DNA of 64,000 nt from Eledone cirrhosa (GCA_964016885.1 OZ024740.1:341496001-341560000); one strand, 5' to 3'; shown: positions 14,657-29,301, counted from the first letter of the stretch. Numbers and translations are program-made. Notes: a model not told the origin generated them from the letters alone.

Positions 14657-15510
14657 TAATATATATTTTAGAAATTAATATATAATTTAATTTAAATGTA
14701 GTTAACCTATAACTTTAATTTAATTAAAATTCTACTACAGATGAGATTAAAAAATATTGTGTAATCATAAATTGTGAAAAACTTTAAATATTATTAACAT
14801 AATTAATATATACTTTGTAAATTAATTTATAGATTAATTTTAGTTTATTTAACCTTTTATTAAAATTCCTTTACAGATGAAATATAACAAAATATCGTGT
14901 AATCAATAACAGAGAAATACTTTTTAATATTATAAACCTAATTAATGTACAATTTAGAAATTTATTTATAAATTAATTTTAATTTAGTTAACCTATAATT
15001 TTAATTTAGTTAGCTTAAAATTAAAATTCTAATACAGATGGATTGCAGAATATCATATAATCATAAACTGAGATAAACTTTTAAATATATACCTAATTAA
15101 TATATTAATATATTCTTTACAATTAAATATATATATATATATATATTAATCTTAATTTTTGTTAACCTATAATTATATTCTACTATAGATAAAATACAAA
15201 ATCTGCTTTAATTATTATAAACCTAATTAACATATACTATAGAAATTAATATATAATTTTTAATTTAGTTAACCTATAATTTATATTCTACTACCGATGA
15301 AATACTTGATTTGGTTTTCCCTATTACTAAATTCATTTCCTAAAATTGATACCATAATGTTAATATTTTTAATTTAGTTATGCTATAATTAATACTCTAC
15401 TACTGTTTAACTTCAAAATTCCGCTTTAAATATTATAAACCTAAGTGGTATACACCTTAGAAATCAATATATTAACTATTTTTAATTTAGTTAACCTATA
15501 ATTAATAGTC
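14603..15510 (+). repeat. Degenerate ~140-160-bp tandem repeats in the PLE 3' UTR, whose first unit overlaps the ORF end (mirror at ~10040-10950)
   Basis: atatcgtgtaatcataaactgagaaaaac-like starts at ~14603, 14754, 14892 and 15050. The motifs tattataaacctaattaa and agttaacctataat recur. Confidence 0.75.
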
Positions 15511-15901
15511 TACTTATATTAAAATGCATAATTTTGCCTTCTTTCTTACATTTCCTAATACTGAAACTACTATGTAAACACATATTATGATCTAAATGCA
15601 GATTAATATTCTATGTTCCTTGAAACCTATATTTACTATTTCCCACTAATAATTTTAATCCCCCCCCCCCCTATAATTATTCGTATTTGTAAGCGTGGAT
15701 GTATGTATGTGTATGTAAGTATGTATGTATGTTTGGGTGTTTGTATGTGAGTATAAAAATACATATGTGCGCATGTAAATAAGTGTGTATGATTGTATAT
15801 ATATAGATATATATATATATAGATATATATATATATGATTGTATATATATAGATATATATATATGTATATGTATGTCTATCTATTTATGCATATATATGT
15901 G

Positions 15902-15936
<35 letters not shown>

Positions 15937-16010
15937 ATGTGTGTATATATATTTGTAGAGATGTGTGTATGTGTATATATATATGTGTGCATAATTATCT
16001 GACTGTGTGT

Positions 16011-16084
<74 letters not shown>

Positions 16085-16492
16085 ATGTGTATGTGTGTGT
16101 ATATATATTTATGTGTATGTATATATCTATATATATATATATATGTGTGTATGTATATCTCTTTATTTATGTATGTCTGAGTTGTGTGTGAGCGTGTGGT
16201 TGTATGTGTATATATATACATGGATATGTGTATGTGTATGTATATGTGCGTATATGTATGTGTGTATATATATCTGCGTGTATGTGTATATATATATGCG
16301 TGTGTATATATGTATGTATATGTATGTGTGTATATATATATGTATATGTATGTATGTGTATGTGTATGTACATATATGTGTATATATATATATATGTGTT
16401 GTGAGTATATGTATATATATATGAGTGTATGTATGTGTGTCTATGTATTTATATATGTATATGTATATGTCTCTATATATATGTGTGTATAT

Positions 16493-16540
<48 letters not shown>

Positions 16541-16776
16541 GTATATCGGTGTGTATTTTATGTATGAGTGTATATTTTACTTGTTTATTTCTTTTTAATA
16601 TATTTCTTTTTATTTCTAAATTTATAGATACATTTTATAAATAGGCAGTTGTCTGACACCCTCAGTAATTACTGACCCCCTTTACCTACTTTACCTACTG
16701 CATCTAGATGTAAATATATGTGGCAGTGTTTATGTGTGCGCCTTAATATCCATATAGTTATAATAATAATATATAC

Positions 16777-16815
<39 letters not shown>

Positions 16816-17163
16816 CGTGGGTATGTGTATGTTTATGTGTATATGCGCGTATGTGTATAAATGTATGTATATGTGTGTATATATGAGTGTATATATGTTT
16901 ATATACGTATGTGTATTTTGTCTGTAGATTATAAACATACAGAGACATTAGCCCTGAATTTTTGTATTTACATACATTTTTTCGACATGCGTATGCATGT
17001 GAACATATATTTTTATGCATATCTGTGAACGAGGTTACTTACATATATACACACACCTAACTGTATTTTCTTGATATATTTTTGTGTATTTCATTGGTCA
17101 ATTTGAACTCTGTTCCCAAACAGACCTGTAATTTTGAATTGTTGTTATTATCAATAAATATAT

Positions 17164-17326
17164 TTCATTATTTCTGAAGACGGCATATGTATGTGTTGGT
17201 ATGTATATTATATTTGATAGTTTGTATAATTTTGTATAATTTTGTATAATTTTGTACATAGATCTGTTGAATATGCATGCCAATTCTAACACATATATGT
17301 CCTAGAAACGATCGTTAAATAATGAA
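17164..17326 (+). ncRNA. Type I hammerhead ribozyme motif with 124-nt stem II
   Basis: ttcattattt-CTGAAGA-[124 nt]-GAAA-cgatcg-TT-aaataatgaa: perfect 10-bp stem I and palindromic stem III. Confidence 0.75.
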
Positions 17327-17380
17327 CTTTTTTTGTTTAATATAAGGAACTGTTTCATTGTTTTATTCATTATTTTTTTA

Positions 17381-17475
<95 letters not shown>

Positions 17476-17840
17476 GTATATATATATATATATGGAGGCA
17501 CATGGCTTAGTGGTTAGAGCATTGGCCTTGCAATCGAAAGGTTGTGAGTTCAATTCTCAGACCGGGTGATGTGTTGTTTCCTTGAGCAAGGCACTTTATT
17601 TCACATTGCTCCAGTTTACTCACCTGTAGAAATGAGATGATAGGGACTGGGGTCCTTATCATTCCACTGCAAAGTGGTCGTGGAGGTGCCACGGCAAAAA
17701 AGCACCCACCACTCACTGTAAATGAGGTTGGTGTTAGGAAGGGCATCCAGCTGTAGAAATCAAGCCAGAATCAGTTCCCGTCCCACCCTTGCAAGCAGGG
17801 AAAAGTGGACATAAAATGAAATGATGAAATGATGATGATA

Positions 17841-18408
17841 CGTCACGTCACCAGTTGGTGCTGCTGGTAACATGTATCCCAGTACAACCTGTCTCATGGT
17901 CGGGTCGTTGGCGACTAAACTGGCAACCCCACCAAGGTTTCTTGGTGAGGAGGGTGACTGGACATCCTGCAGGACTAAAAACAAAACCTGTCAAAGGGCA
18001 AAGGAGCTCTTAAGAGTCAATGGCCATCCAAAATCACCGGGAGAGATGACCCCTTAGCCTCAAGGCAGAATTCTAGGAGAAGGAAAACTCTGATATAACA
18101 CCTGCAACCCTGATGGTATCCAATGATGTTGACTTGTTCTTCTTTTTGGTAAATATCATCTTGGTTAAGAGAGTGGGACTGGCTTTGTGCAGTGCCTTTA
18201 CTCACTATAAAGCTTCACGGCACAGGCATTGCTTTATATCTGGAGATCTCTCTGCACTTGTCGATATAATTGTCACAGGTGCAGTGTTTGTACCAGAGTT
18301 TTCAAGTCGCTGGGTGGACTAAAAAGTCACACTTGTTTAGCGCATCGGTAGGGGTTCTCCTACACGGATATAAAGTAGTGGCCGTACTCGAAAACGAGTT
18401 GGCAGCCA

Positions 18409-18410
<2 letters not shown>
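17841..18410 (+). mobile_element. Non-coding interspersed repeat with an RTE 5'-UTR-like motif; relatives at 21502-21908, 34810-35162 and 35866-36140
   Basis: Shared ctaggagaagg(a/c)aactc and gcacaggcattgc blocks. Three copies end ...cgag..ggcagcca before a microsatellite. Confidence 0.55.
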
Positions 18411-18469
<59 letters not shown>

Positions 18470-18473
18470 TATA

Positions 18474-18511
<38 letters not shown>

Positions 18512-18524
18512 TATATATATATAT

Positions 18525-18561
<37 letters not shown>

Positions 18562-18925
18562 TATACATATATATACACTCATAGGCTGAGAGAGAAAGAG
18601 AAAGAGAGATGTGTATATATATATGTCAACATGGTGTTTACACTAATGTATTGAGTACCTTACTATATATATATACATCTTGGGAATTTTACCTGCCCAA
18701 TATATATATTATATATATATATATAAATATATATATATACATCTCAGGAATTTTACCTGCCCAATATATATATATATATACATACACAGACACACACATA
18801 TATATATGTATGTGTGTGTGTGTGTGTGTGTGAGTTTGTGTGTGAATCCCAGGTTCAACTGGGGGGGGGGGGGGTAACTACCGTAAGTAAGGTACTCTAT
18901 ACATTAATAGAGTGTAAACATCATG

Positions 18926-19059
18926 TTTAATATAGAGATGGGTTCTACAGGACTAGAACTGTTTCATTCAAAAGAAATTACCAGGAAAGGGCTTTCCTGA
19001 TGATTTCTTTTGAATGATTGAATCAGTTCTAGTCCTGTAGAAGCCATTTCTATATTAAA
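18926..19059. repeat. Fold-back pair of PLE pLTR fragments with degenerate hammerhead cores; third copy near 20865-20925
   Basis: ~65-bp inverted arms around ggaaag-gg-ctttcc. Consensus is ttc-CTGATGA...GAAA-cag..ctg-TA-gaa, with each arm mutated in the core. Confidence 0.6.
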
Positions 19060-19278
19060 TATATATATATATATATATATATATTAAAGAGTTAAACAAT
19101 ATTCAACGAGTATATCAAAGAATGAGTTTTACAGTAGATTGGAAGCACTCTATGGGAAATAATTTTCCAGAGTTATTAATATTAAAATACAAATATTAAT
19201 AAAATAGATGTTCTTTTTATGACTACCTTTGATTAAATCTTAACCATTTAACATCTCAGGGTATGTCATATATCATTA

Positions 19279-19333
19279 TATTTTGTCTGATGAGGACGTA
19301 CTATTGTACATCCGAAATATGTATAATAAAATG
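19279..19333 (+). ncRNA. Minimal type I hammerhead ribozyme
   Basis: tattttgt-CTGATGA-ggacgtac tatt gtacatcc-GAAA-tatgta-TA-ataaaatg. Lies between inverted arms at ~19180-19222 and 19338-19380. Confidence 0.8.
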
Positions 19334-19372
19334 TAATTGATAAAAAGAACATCTATTTTATTAATATTTGTA

Positions 19373-19435
<63 letters not shown>

Positions 19436-19605
19436 GTGTCTGTATGTGTAAATGGTAAACAGAAATAACAAAGCAAATGACAGTACATGGAAGAAATATA
19501 TTTGTTTAACAGATATATATAATATATATACATATATATATATATACAGTATATATATATATATATGTATGTCGAATATATTTATCTATAAAACTGTTTA
19601 TATTG

Positions 19606-19671
19606 TATTTTGTCTGATGAAGGCATAGCATATTGTTAATATGATATCCCCGAAATATATATAATGAAATA
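19606..19671 (+). ncRNA. Minimal type I hammerhead ribozyme
   Basis: tattttgt-CTGATGA-[31 nt]-GAAA-tatata-TA-atgaaata. Confidence 0.7.
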
Positions 19672-19770
19672 AATATGGTTTTATAAATATAGTTTTCCAT
19701 TTATTTAATATTGTATATACAGTATATATATATATATATTTATATTTATATTTTTATATATATATATATT

Positions 19771-19814
<44 letters not shown>

Positions 19815-21036
19815 AAGAGGGAGGGAGGAGTGGTGAAGAAACAAAGTTTTGCCAAGTCAGAAAAAAATAAAGTATTGTCATATATAGGTATTGTTTAGCC
19901 CTTGGTAAGCCTTGATCAAGTAGACCTATGTATGATCCAAGTCTTTCCATTCGTGGTTTTGAGATAGTAGAGTGTGATTTGAGTGACATTTGTCTGCTAT
20001 TTCTGGCAGGTTAAAGCGAGTTCCCGTGTCTATAATGTTGTTGGTGGAGGTGGGTGTGGGTTGATCGAGGAGGTTCTGGTGGTGGTGTGTGGTGGTGGTG
20101 ATGGAAGTGGTTGTGGTGGTTTGTGGAAGTGGCGGTGGGGGTAATAGTGGTGGGTGGTGGGTTGTGATAGAATCAACTGTTGCCGAAACAAGACTTCAGC
20201 ATCAGCTAACATCCTCTACTTCCTCCCACACACGCAATCATGTATTTGAGGATAGTTACTCACACACACACACATACACACACTCAAACACAGACACATA
20301 CGTATTCACAGAAAAACACAAATATGTATTTGTGATTTGTTGCCCCACCCCCCCACACACACACACTCACACTCACATATATATATATATAGACACACAA
20401 ACACGTACACATTTTCACACCCATTCACAAAAAAGACAAATATATATTTGTGGCTAGTTACACACACACGCACACATACATACTTACAAACATACATACA
20501 AACATACATACATACATATCCACACACATACACATACACATACGCGCACACACACACGCACGCACAGACATATACACACACACACAAACACAGACCCAGG
20601 AAAATATAAGTTCCAAATTGTTCAACAGTCAAACGATGTTTACTGCAGAGTGAGGATTTTATTGGTTACATGTGAGTTCCTCTACCCCAGCTAACCTAAC
20701 TTTAACAGCCAGCCATGCCTTACACCCAATACCACTTAAATAACTCTTGACTTTACTATTATTGCTGGTAAGTTCCTTCTATTTATTTTTCACGTTGTAT
20801 TCCTTTTTATTTTCTTTATTACATATATTACGTCCAACTTCTCCGTTGGTCTATTCTATATCAAGTTTAATATAGAAATTTCTTCTACAGGACTAGAACT
20901 GTTTCATTCAAAAGAAATCCCGGGACTCATATATATATGTATATATGTTATTATTATTATATGTCTACATTCTTATATTGTATTGTCATTATAGAAAATA
21001 TATTGTTCCACACACGTACACTCATACACACACAAT

Positions 21037-21468
<432 letters not shown>

Positions 21469-21965
21469 TGTATGTATGTATGTATGTATGTATGTATGTA
21501 CGGGAGAGATGACCCCTTAGCCTTTGTCAAGGCAGAATTCTAGGAGAAGGAAAACTCTGATATAACACCTGCAACCCTGATGGTATCCAATGATGTTGGC
21601 TTGTTCTTCTTTTTGGTAACTATCATCTTGGTTAAGAGAGTGGGACTGGCTTTGTGCAGTGCCTTTGCTCACTATAAAAGCTTCACGGCACAGGCATTGC
21701 TTTATATCTGGAGTTCTCTCTGCACTTGTCGTCACATGGTCCCATGGGCCTAGCACTGTGTCAATAATTGTCACAGGTGCAGTGTTTGTACCAGAGTTTT
21801 CAAGTCGCTGGGTGGACTAAAAAGTCACACTTGTTTAGCGCATCGGTAGGGGTTCTCCTACATGGATGTAAAGTAGTGGCCGTACTCGAAAACGAGTTGG
21901 CAGCCACCATGTATGTATGTATGTATGTATGTATGTATGTATGTATGTATGTATGTATGTATGTG

Positions 21966-22048
<83 letters not shown>

Positions 22049-22471
22049 GTATATATACACAATTGTATTAATAATATTACAAATAGAAAAAAAGAAAAGG
22101 TGCAGCCATGGTTGTGTAGTCGGGAGTTCGTTTTGCATCTGGTTTCAGGCACAATGCACAGACACCTTGACCAAGTGTTTTCTACTATAGCTTTCATCGT
22201 TGTTGTATGCCATTGTATAACAATGAATGTATGTTCTACAAAATATATTGTTTCATACACACCAAACTCAGATGTCATGCACGCAGACACAACACACACA
22301 GACACTACGCACACACACGCGCTCCCTCCCCTCACATACACCCAACCACCCATACACACACACAATGAAAATAAAACAAGTCGGAGATAGGTGGTTAATT
22401 AGTTCATTGTTTTATGATCGTTTCAGAGGGTTGATTGATCATTGTAGATCGATATATCCACTAGCATATAA

Positions 22472-22827
<356 letters not shown>

Positions 22828-22865
22828 ATATTAATAAATGGAAACTATATTTATAAAACCATAAT

Positions 22866-22930
22866 TATTTTATTAGATATATTTCAAGGGCGACCAAGCC
22901 AATCTTGGTGCACTTTCATCAGATAAAATA
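22866..22930 (-). ncRNA. Minimal type I hammerhead ribozyme in a solo pLTR
   Basis: Reverse complement: tattttat-CTGATGA-aagtgcacc..ggtcgccctt-GAAA-tatatc-TA-ataaaata. Confidence 0.75.
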
Positions 22931-22989
22931 CAAAATTTGTTTTATAAATAGTGACATAACCATGGAAAACAACCTTGACGGTTGAAAAT

Positions 22990-23030
<41 letters not shown>

Positions 23031-23051
23031 ATATTTATAAAACAAACTTTG

Positions 23052-23112
23052 TATTTTATCTGATGATAGCGTACCAAAGTTTTGGTACCCTTGAAATATA
23101 TATAATAAAATA
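23052..23112 (+). ncRNA. Minimal type I hammerhead ribozyme in a solo pLTR (inverted relative to 22866-22930)
   Basis: tattttat-CTGATGA-tagcgtaccaaagttttggtaccctt-GAAA-tatata-TA-ataaaata. Confidence 0.78.
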
Positions 23113-23243
23113 AATATGGTTTTATAAATACAGTTTCCATTTATTAATATCATTGATATTATACTCCAGAAAACTTGTCGAGTGCTTCGAATCAGTTATA
23201 AATATATATATTTGTTGAATTACCAACAAATTAAATATCCCTT

Positions 23244-23299
<56 letters not shown>

Positions 23300-23375
23300 A
23301 TATGTGTGTGTGTGTGAAAGTGCGTAACTTAGAGTTTAGAATGGTGGATTCTCAATCACAAGATAGTGAGTTCGA

Positions 23376-23735
23376 CCCACTGTCATGCTGCCAGTGCGCA
23401 GACCTGTTTCCCTGACATGCCGCTTCCAACAACATATTGAGGGGCCTAGATGCAGCCCAACTTACCATCACAATTGGAGCCACCAGTCCTCGACCGCGGA
23501 AGCGGCAAGCGCCCCGACGGAATTACCCTCTTCCCATTCGAAGGAGATAAATTCCTTATCTGGGATGCGACATACCGTGCCACGTTCTCTGCCTCCAGCT
23601 TAGTCGCTTCGGCGACAAACCCCGGTACCGCGGCCGCAATGCAGAGGGGAGGAAGACAAGCAAATATCGGGCCTTGTCCGGCCGCTTCCAGTTTGCACCG
23701 GTTGCTGTCAAAACCTCAGGCGTCCTCGGATACCG
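23376..23735 (+). pseudogene. CRE-clade non-LTR retrotransposon, restriction-like endonuclease fragment
   Basis: HPLSC...HAA followed by PSQLEPPVLDRGSGKRPDGITLFPF...LIWDAT. GC-rich island with frameshifts. Confidence 0.7.
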
Positions 23736-23883
23736 TAAAGTCGGAACGTCAACAGCTCGTCTGAGGAAGGAGGCCGACAAGCTGGTCTGCCTAAATCTAT
23801 AATAACCGGATGTAATATCGAAACTATTGTAAAAAGCAATAAATATACAAGAACTATATTTTATCATGCTCCTTTGCTATATA

Positions 23884-23970
<87 letters not shown>

Positions 23971-24285
23971 TTCTGACCTGTTTAACCCCACCTCCAACTT
24001 CACCACTTTACCTTCATAAAGAACATATATATAAGAAACTCACATATATTCAAACTGCTCAAAGGATACATAAAAAAACAAGCAAAAAAAAAATATCCAA
24101 TACTTAATATCTAATATTTGATAATATTATTATACCAATCGAAACTGGTTATATTTAATGCAACAATTATAGAATTATTCATTCTATCAGATTAAAGAAA
24201 AAATAATCTTTGAATATACTTTTGTGCATTTTCACCTTCAATTTTTAACCACAACATTTATTTTGTATAGAACTTTAAGTTCTAT

Positions 24286-24377
<92 letters not shown>

Positions 24378-24515
24378 CCAAAAGTTTAACAAGGTTCATT
24401 GATTAATCAATGAATAAAGTTTAACAATAGATTAGAAACACTCAACTGATGTTTTCTGGAGTTATTAATATTACTTCAAAATATTAATAAATATAGACAT
24501 TCATGTGATCAAATA

Positions 24516-24581
24516 TATTTTATTATACATATTTCAGAGGTACTGAGCTATTTCATCAATACGTCCTCATCAGATAAAATA
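24516..24581 (-). ncRNA. Minimal type I hammerhead ribozyme
   Basis: Reverse complement: tattttat-CTGATGA-ggacgta..tacctct-GAAA-tatgta-TA-ataaaata. Confidence 0.72.
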
Positions 24582-24697
24582 AATTGATGTCTGACATACC
24601 TCAACTGTGCCTTGAAATATATATAATAGAATAAATATGGTTTTATAAATTTTAGTTTCCATTTATTTAATATCATTGTATGTATGTATATATATGC

Positions 24698-25127
24698 AGA
24701 GGTTATATTTAATTTGTTGGGATTCAACAAGCTTAAACATTTTTTATAACTGATATAAAGCACTCAACAAGTTAGTGGAGTAAATACACAATATATTAAT
24801 AAATGGAAACTATATTTATAAAACCATATTTATTTTATTATATATATTTCAAGGGCAACCAAGGCAAATTATGGTGCGCTTTCATCAGATAAAATACGGA
24901 TTTGTTTTATAAATAAATATTGACATACCCGGAAAAAAGACAACCTTAACGGTTGGAGCTATCCAGGAAGGTTGTCTTTTTTCCGGGTATGTCAATATTT
25001 ATTTATAAAACAAATCCGTATTTTATCTGATGAAAGCGCACCATAATTTGCCTTGGTTGCCCTTGAAATATATATAATAAAATAAATATGGTTTTATAAA
25101 TATAGTTTCCATTTATTAATATATTGT
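24698..25127. mobile_element. Fold-back PLE pLTR pair with two hammerheads (24831-24896 minus, 25019-25084 plus)
   Basis: Perfect 160-bp arms at 24788-24947 and 24968-25127, 20-nt spacer, 90-nt extra tail on the left arm. Core is CTGATGA-aagcgcacc..ggttgccctt-GAAA-tatata-TA. Confidence 0.88.
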
Positions 25128-25276
25128 ATATATATATATACATAATGAAGCAACGTAGTAAAGGACTCGCGTTAGATAGAGTCTATTGAGCTTACTTATT
25201 GAGAAACACAAAATTCTTAACATTTGATGTTTTGATTCATAATACACACACATACATATATATATATATACATATA

Positions 25277-25362
<86 letters not shown>

Positions 25363-25364
25363 TA

Positions 25365-26535
25365 TCATCATCATCATCATCTTCGTTTAACGTCCATCTT
25401 CCACGCCAGCATGGGTTAGACGGGAGTTGTCCCACTTGAGGCAAGGTAGGTCGGGTGACCGTGTCTCGCTCATATAGGACTATCTGGCAGGTTTTCTACG
25501 GCTGGATGCCCTTCCTAACACCAACCACATTTACAGTGTGGAACTGGTAACTTTTTACCGTGTTACCTACACGACCACATTGCAGCGTAGACAGTGTTTT
25601 TTTTTTTTCTTTTTGTCGTGACACCTACTCGATCTCGATCTCATTATCTCATTTATTTGGACTGGATGTTGTGGTACCAACGTTACAGAGAGAGGGTGCT
25701 GTTGGTGGGAGTGGGGGGATAGGATAGGGGTAGTGGATTGGGGTGTATATTTGGTTAAGAGGTACCTACTGACTGTAGGTTTCGCTTTGTACATAGGCAA
25801 AGCGGGTCTTCTGTATTACTGCATAACGCCAAAGATCTCGGTCCAGTGACATTGTCTTAGAGAGGTGCAAGTGTGTAAGGTCGGAATTTATCAGATCGTC
25901 CCAGGTTTTTCTGGGTCTACCTACTCCGTAACTACCATCAATTTTAATCGCCCTGCACTTTTTTATACAGCTGTCGTCTTTCATGCGCATTACGTGGCCA
26001 TACCAACGTAGTCTTCTCTTAAGTAAACAGCATCTGATCCCTCTAATTCCTAATTTCTCACTTACTTCATTTATGCTTTGCCGTTCACGTATATTACTAT
26101 TACACATCCAAAGGAGCATGCATGCTTCGTTCCTTTCCAGTCTGCGCAGGTCCTCTGCACGTAATGCCCATGTTGCACTGCCATGTAGCATTGCAGTTTG
26201 TATACAAGCATCATACAATCTGCCTTTCATTTTTAGAGAGAAACCTTTTGTGGCCAACAGCGGTATAAGCTCTCTGAACCTTTTTCATCCCGTTTTGACT
26301 CTGGCTACTGTACTTTCAGAACACTCTCCACCACTGCTGATTTTGTCACCCAGGTAAAGGAAAGTGTCTACTATTTCTATAGAACCATCTGGGCAGTAGA
26401 AGGAGCTAGTATCCTGTGGACACTTGCTACTTATTGCACCTGAGCATCGGCCAGATATATAATCTACGTTCTTAGATAGTTTACCTGTGATCCCACTACA
26501 TCTTTTATGTACCCATACTTTGCATTTGGGACATA
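25365..26535 (-). mobile_element. RTE-clade LINE 3' portion
   Basis: KGRLYDACIQTAMLHGSATWAL...RLRWYGHVMRM...GRPRKTW, with a (GAT)n tail. The 5' break abuts (TA)n. Confidence 0.85.
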
Positions 26536-26616
26536 AAATTATGATATATAATATATGTATATATATAATATATTTTTATATATATATGTATATAATATAT
26601 ATAAATATATGTATAT

Positions 26617-26766
<150 letters not shown>

Positions 26767-26805
26767 TCAGATGTGAGAAAAACCACAGACCGTCCATCTC
26801 AACTC

Positions 26806-26845
26806 TACTTTTGAAAAGCAGAAGAACTGCGAAACCGGTAAAGGA
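26806..26845 (+). ncRNA. Candidate minimal hammerhead with a U3-A8 core variant
   Basis: ctt-TTGAAAA-gcag aagaa ctgc-GAAA-ccgg-TA-aag, inside a 230-bp island between (TA)n tracts. Confidence 0.55.
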
Positions 26846-26989
26846 ACCAAATAATTATATATATTTAAAAAAAAAAAGACTCCAGTTGCATTTTCGATTT
26901 CATCTTTTTTTCTTTATACTTTCACTCGTGTAGGACACCTCGGTTATTTTTCATTTTGTAAAAAACCCCCAAAACCCCAAAACCCTCAC

Positions 26990-27063
<74 letters not shown>

Positions 27064-27098
27064 AAATAAGAATTTCAGATTTTTGTGAAACTTTATTA

Positions 27099-27184
27099 CA
27101 TATTACAATTGTTTTTATATCGATCTGCTCGGGTTTGATCAGGCGATCGGATCCCGACTCTTAATCGATACTTCTTCAGATATG
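27099..27184 (-). ncRNA. Degenerate hammerhead with 57-nt stem II
   Basis: Reverse complement: catat-CTGAAGA-[57 nt, tatcgat..atcgata]-AAAA-caattg-TA-atatg. G12 is mutated. Confidence 0.55.
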
Positions 27185-27207
27185 CGAATTTACATAGGTC
27201 TCCCCAT

Positions 27208-27241
<34 letters not shown>

Positions 27242-28427
27242 CATACACTGTATAGTAGTTGTAGTGCTGTTGTTATGATAAAATGCACCCAGCGCACAGT
27301 CTTTGCCCATAGCGACGGTACTACTAGTCCATTCGGGGTCACAGTATTTGACAATTTGTCAAACACAGTCCTTGGGACATCGAAATACGAAAACAAAATG
27401 AATTAAATGTACGGCATTTCGTCTGCGGGTCTAACTGGTTTTCTTCGTCACACATTGTCCGACATAAATGTCGTAATTTAATTCTATTCACTTAAGTTTT
27501 ATTTCGGTTTCGTCTTGATATTCAAAGGACAGTGTTTGACTAACAGTACCGTCTGTAGGGATCGAAACTGTACTCCAATTTCTTGATCATATTTTCATAA
27601 AAGCTGCTTGCTTGTAGTTTGTTTGAAATAGTAAAGTTTTTATGTCCATCATCAATGTTTCTATGCTTTCATAGTCTCATCTTCGGAATGGAGTCATGTT
27701 GGTGCATTGCTGTCTCTTTATAGTCTTCATAGACCAGTATTTTTGATATAAAATCTCTAAAAGAAAAGATGTTCCTCATATATACAAATAATGCTACTAT
27801 CAGATGCTCCCAATACACTCTGCAAAGTGATAGTGCTGATGGCAGGATAAAATGCACTTAGTACATCCTGTTAGGTGGTAGTGCTGGTATCATGATAAAA
27901 TGCACCCAGTATACTCAATAAAGAAACAAAATCACTGCAGTTATTAATTTCATTTCATTTGTTTCAAATGAAGCAACGAAGTAAAGGACTCGCGTTAGAT
28001 AAAGTTTATTGAGCTTACTTAATGAGCTTACTTTTCAAATACATAAATATACATAACATTTAGGGGAAGTATGTCTCCTAAGGAGAAAATATCTAGACCT
28101 CACAATTTCATATTGATAACTGGAGATAATCCCGGTGGCAATTGAGCTATCAAATTAATGGGGCGCTAGATTAAAAAATATAAATATAAATAACATTGTA
28201 GTACTTCTATTACGTTATAAAGAAAGAAAGGTAAATAAAAAGAAAGTAACAGTTAGATTATAGATTATAATAGACTGAGAAGGGGAGAAAGAGAAAGACA
28301 GAGAAAAAAAAAAGGATCTGACGAGATTTACCACTCCTAAATTTTATGTATATATTACGTATTTCGAATAATTAGAGTAAGGATTTACTTCCATATCTGG
28401 AATATTACTTTAATGAGAATTTGAATG

Positions 28428-28615
28428 GGTGGTGAATTGGCAGTATCGGTAGAGGGTCAGACGCCATGCTTTCTAGCATAGTTATGTCCCTTTATGATCT
28501 GAGTTCAAATCCCGCCGAGGTTAACTTTGCCTTTCATCCTTACGGGGTCGATAAAATAAAGTACCAGTAATGTACTGGGTAATTGCTGGCCTTGTGCCAA
28601 AAAGTAGAAACAATT
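28428..28615 (+). mobile_element. tRNA-derived SINE with a Deu/Nin-like central domain; more copies near 1466, 7030, 33088, 35437, 39380, 43120, 43420, 43660 and 63100
   Basis: B box gagttcaaatc and conserved gcctttcatccttacggggtcgataaaataaagtaccagt. Confidence 0.8.
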
Positions 28616-29200
28616 ACTTTAATGAGAATTTTTAACGAACCCTATCTTTACATACACTCCCATACTTTACAGAATGCACTGTGCATTTTATCGTGACACC
28701 AACACTAAGAAGGTCGTTCCTCTCTATCCTTTGTTCGACAAATTTTCTACGGCTGGATGTCCTTCCTATCACAACCGACTTTTCAGAGTGTACTAGGTGC
28801 GTTTTATTGTGTCACCAACACTAAAGAGGTTGTATCCTTGACTCGATTGAAGTGTTCTCTCGACCCATTTGTGGCATGATTTCTGCAGCTGTATGCACTT
28901 CCTATCATCACCCTCCTTACAGAGTGTACTGGGTGCATTTTCCCTGGCACTAGCACAAGAGAATACTCCTCTCAATCCTTTTAAGGCATGGTTTCTACTA
29001 CTAGTATCTCCATCCAACACCAACCACCCCATAGAGTATTCTGTGTGTGTGTGTGTGTGTGCGTGTGTGTATGTGTGTGTGTATGTGTGTGTGTGTGTGC
29101 GTGTGTGCGTGTGTGTGTATGTGTGTGTGTGTGTATGTGTGCGTGTGTGTATGTGTGTGTGTATGTGTGTGTGTGTGTGTGTGTGCGTGTGTGCGTGTGT

Positions 29201-29301
<101 letters not shown>

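Larger units (their letters stand above)
12779..17389 (+). mobile_element. Penelope-like element, right arm of the palindrome
   Basis: Mirror symmetry (ORF coordinates sum to 25551). Ends at ...aacattttat and runs into (TA)n. Confidence 0.93.

Noticed and set aside
17850-18120. HDV-like ribozyme in the RTE 5'-UTR-like repeat
   Set aside because: Plausible for RTE 5' ends, but I could not build a consistent P1-P4 nested pseudoknot by eye. A covariance search is needed.
27570-27770. Possible host exon on minus after a ttttcttttag acceptor
   Set aside because: All three frames hit stops within about 30 codons, and no protein similarity is recognisable.
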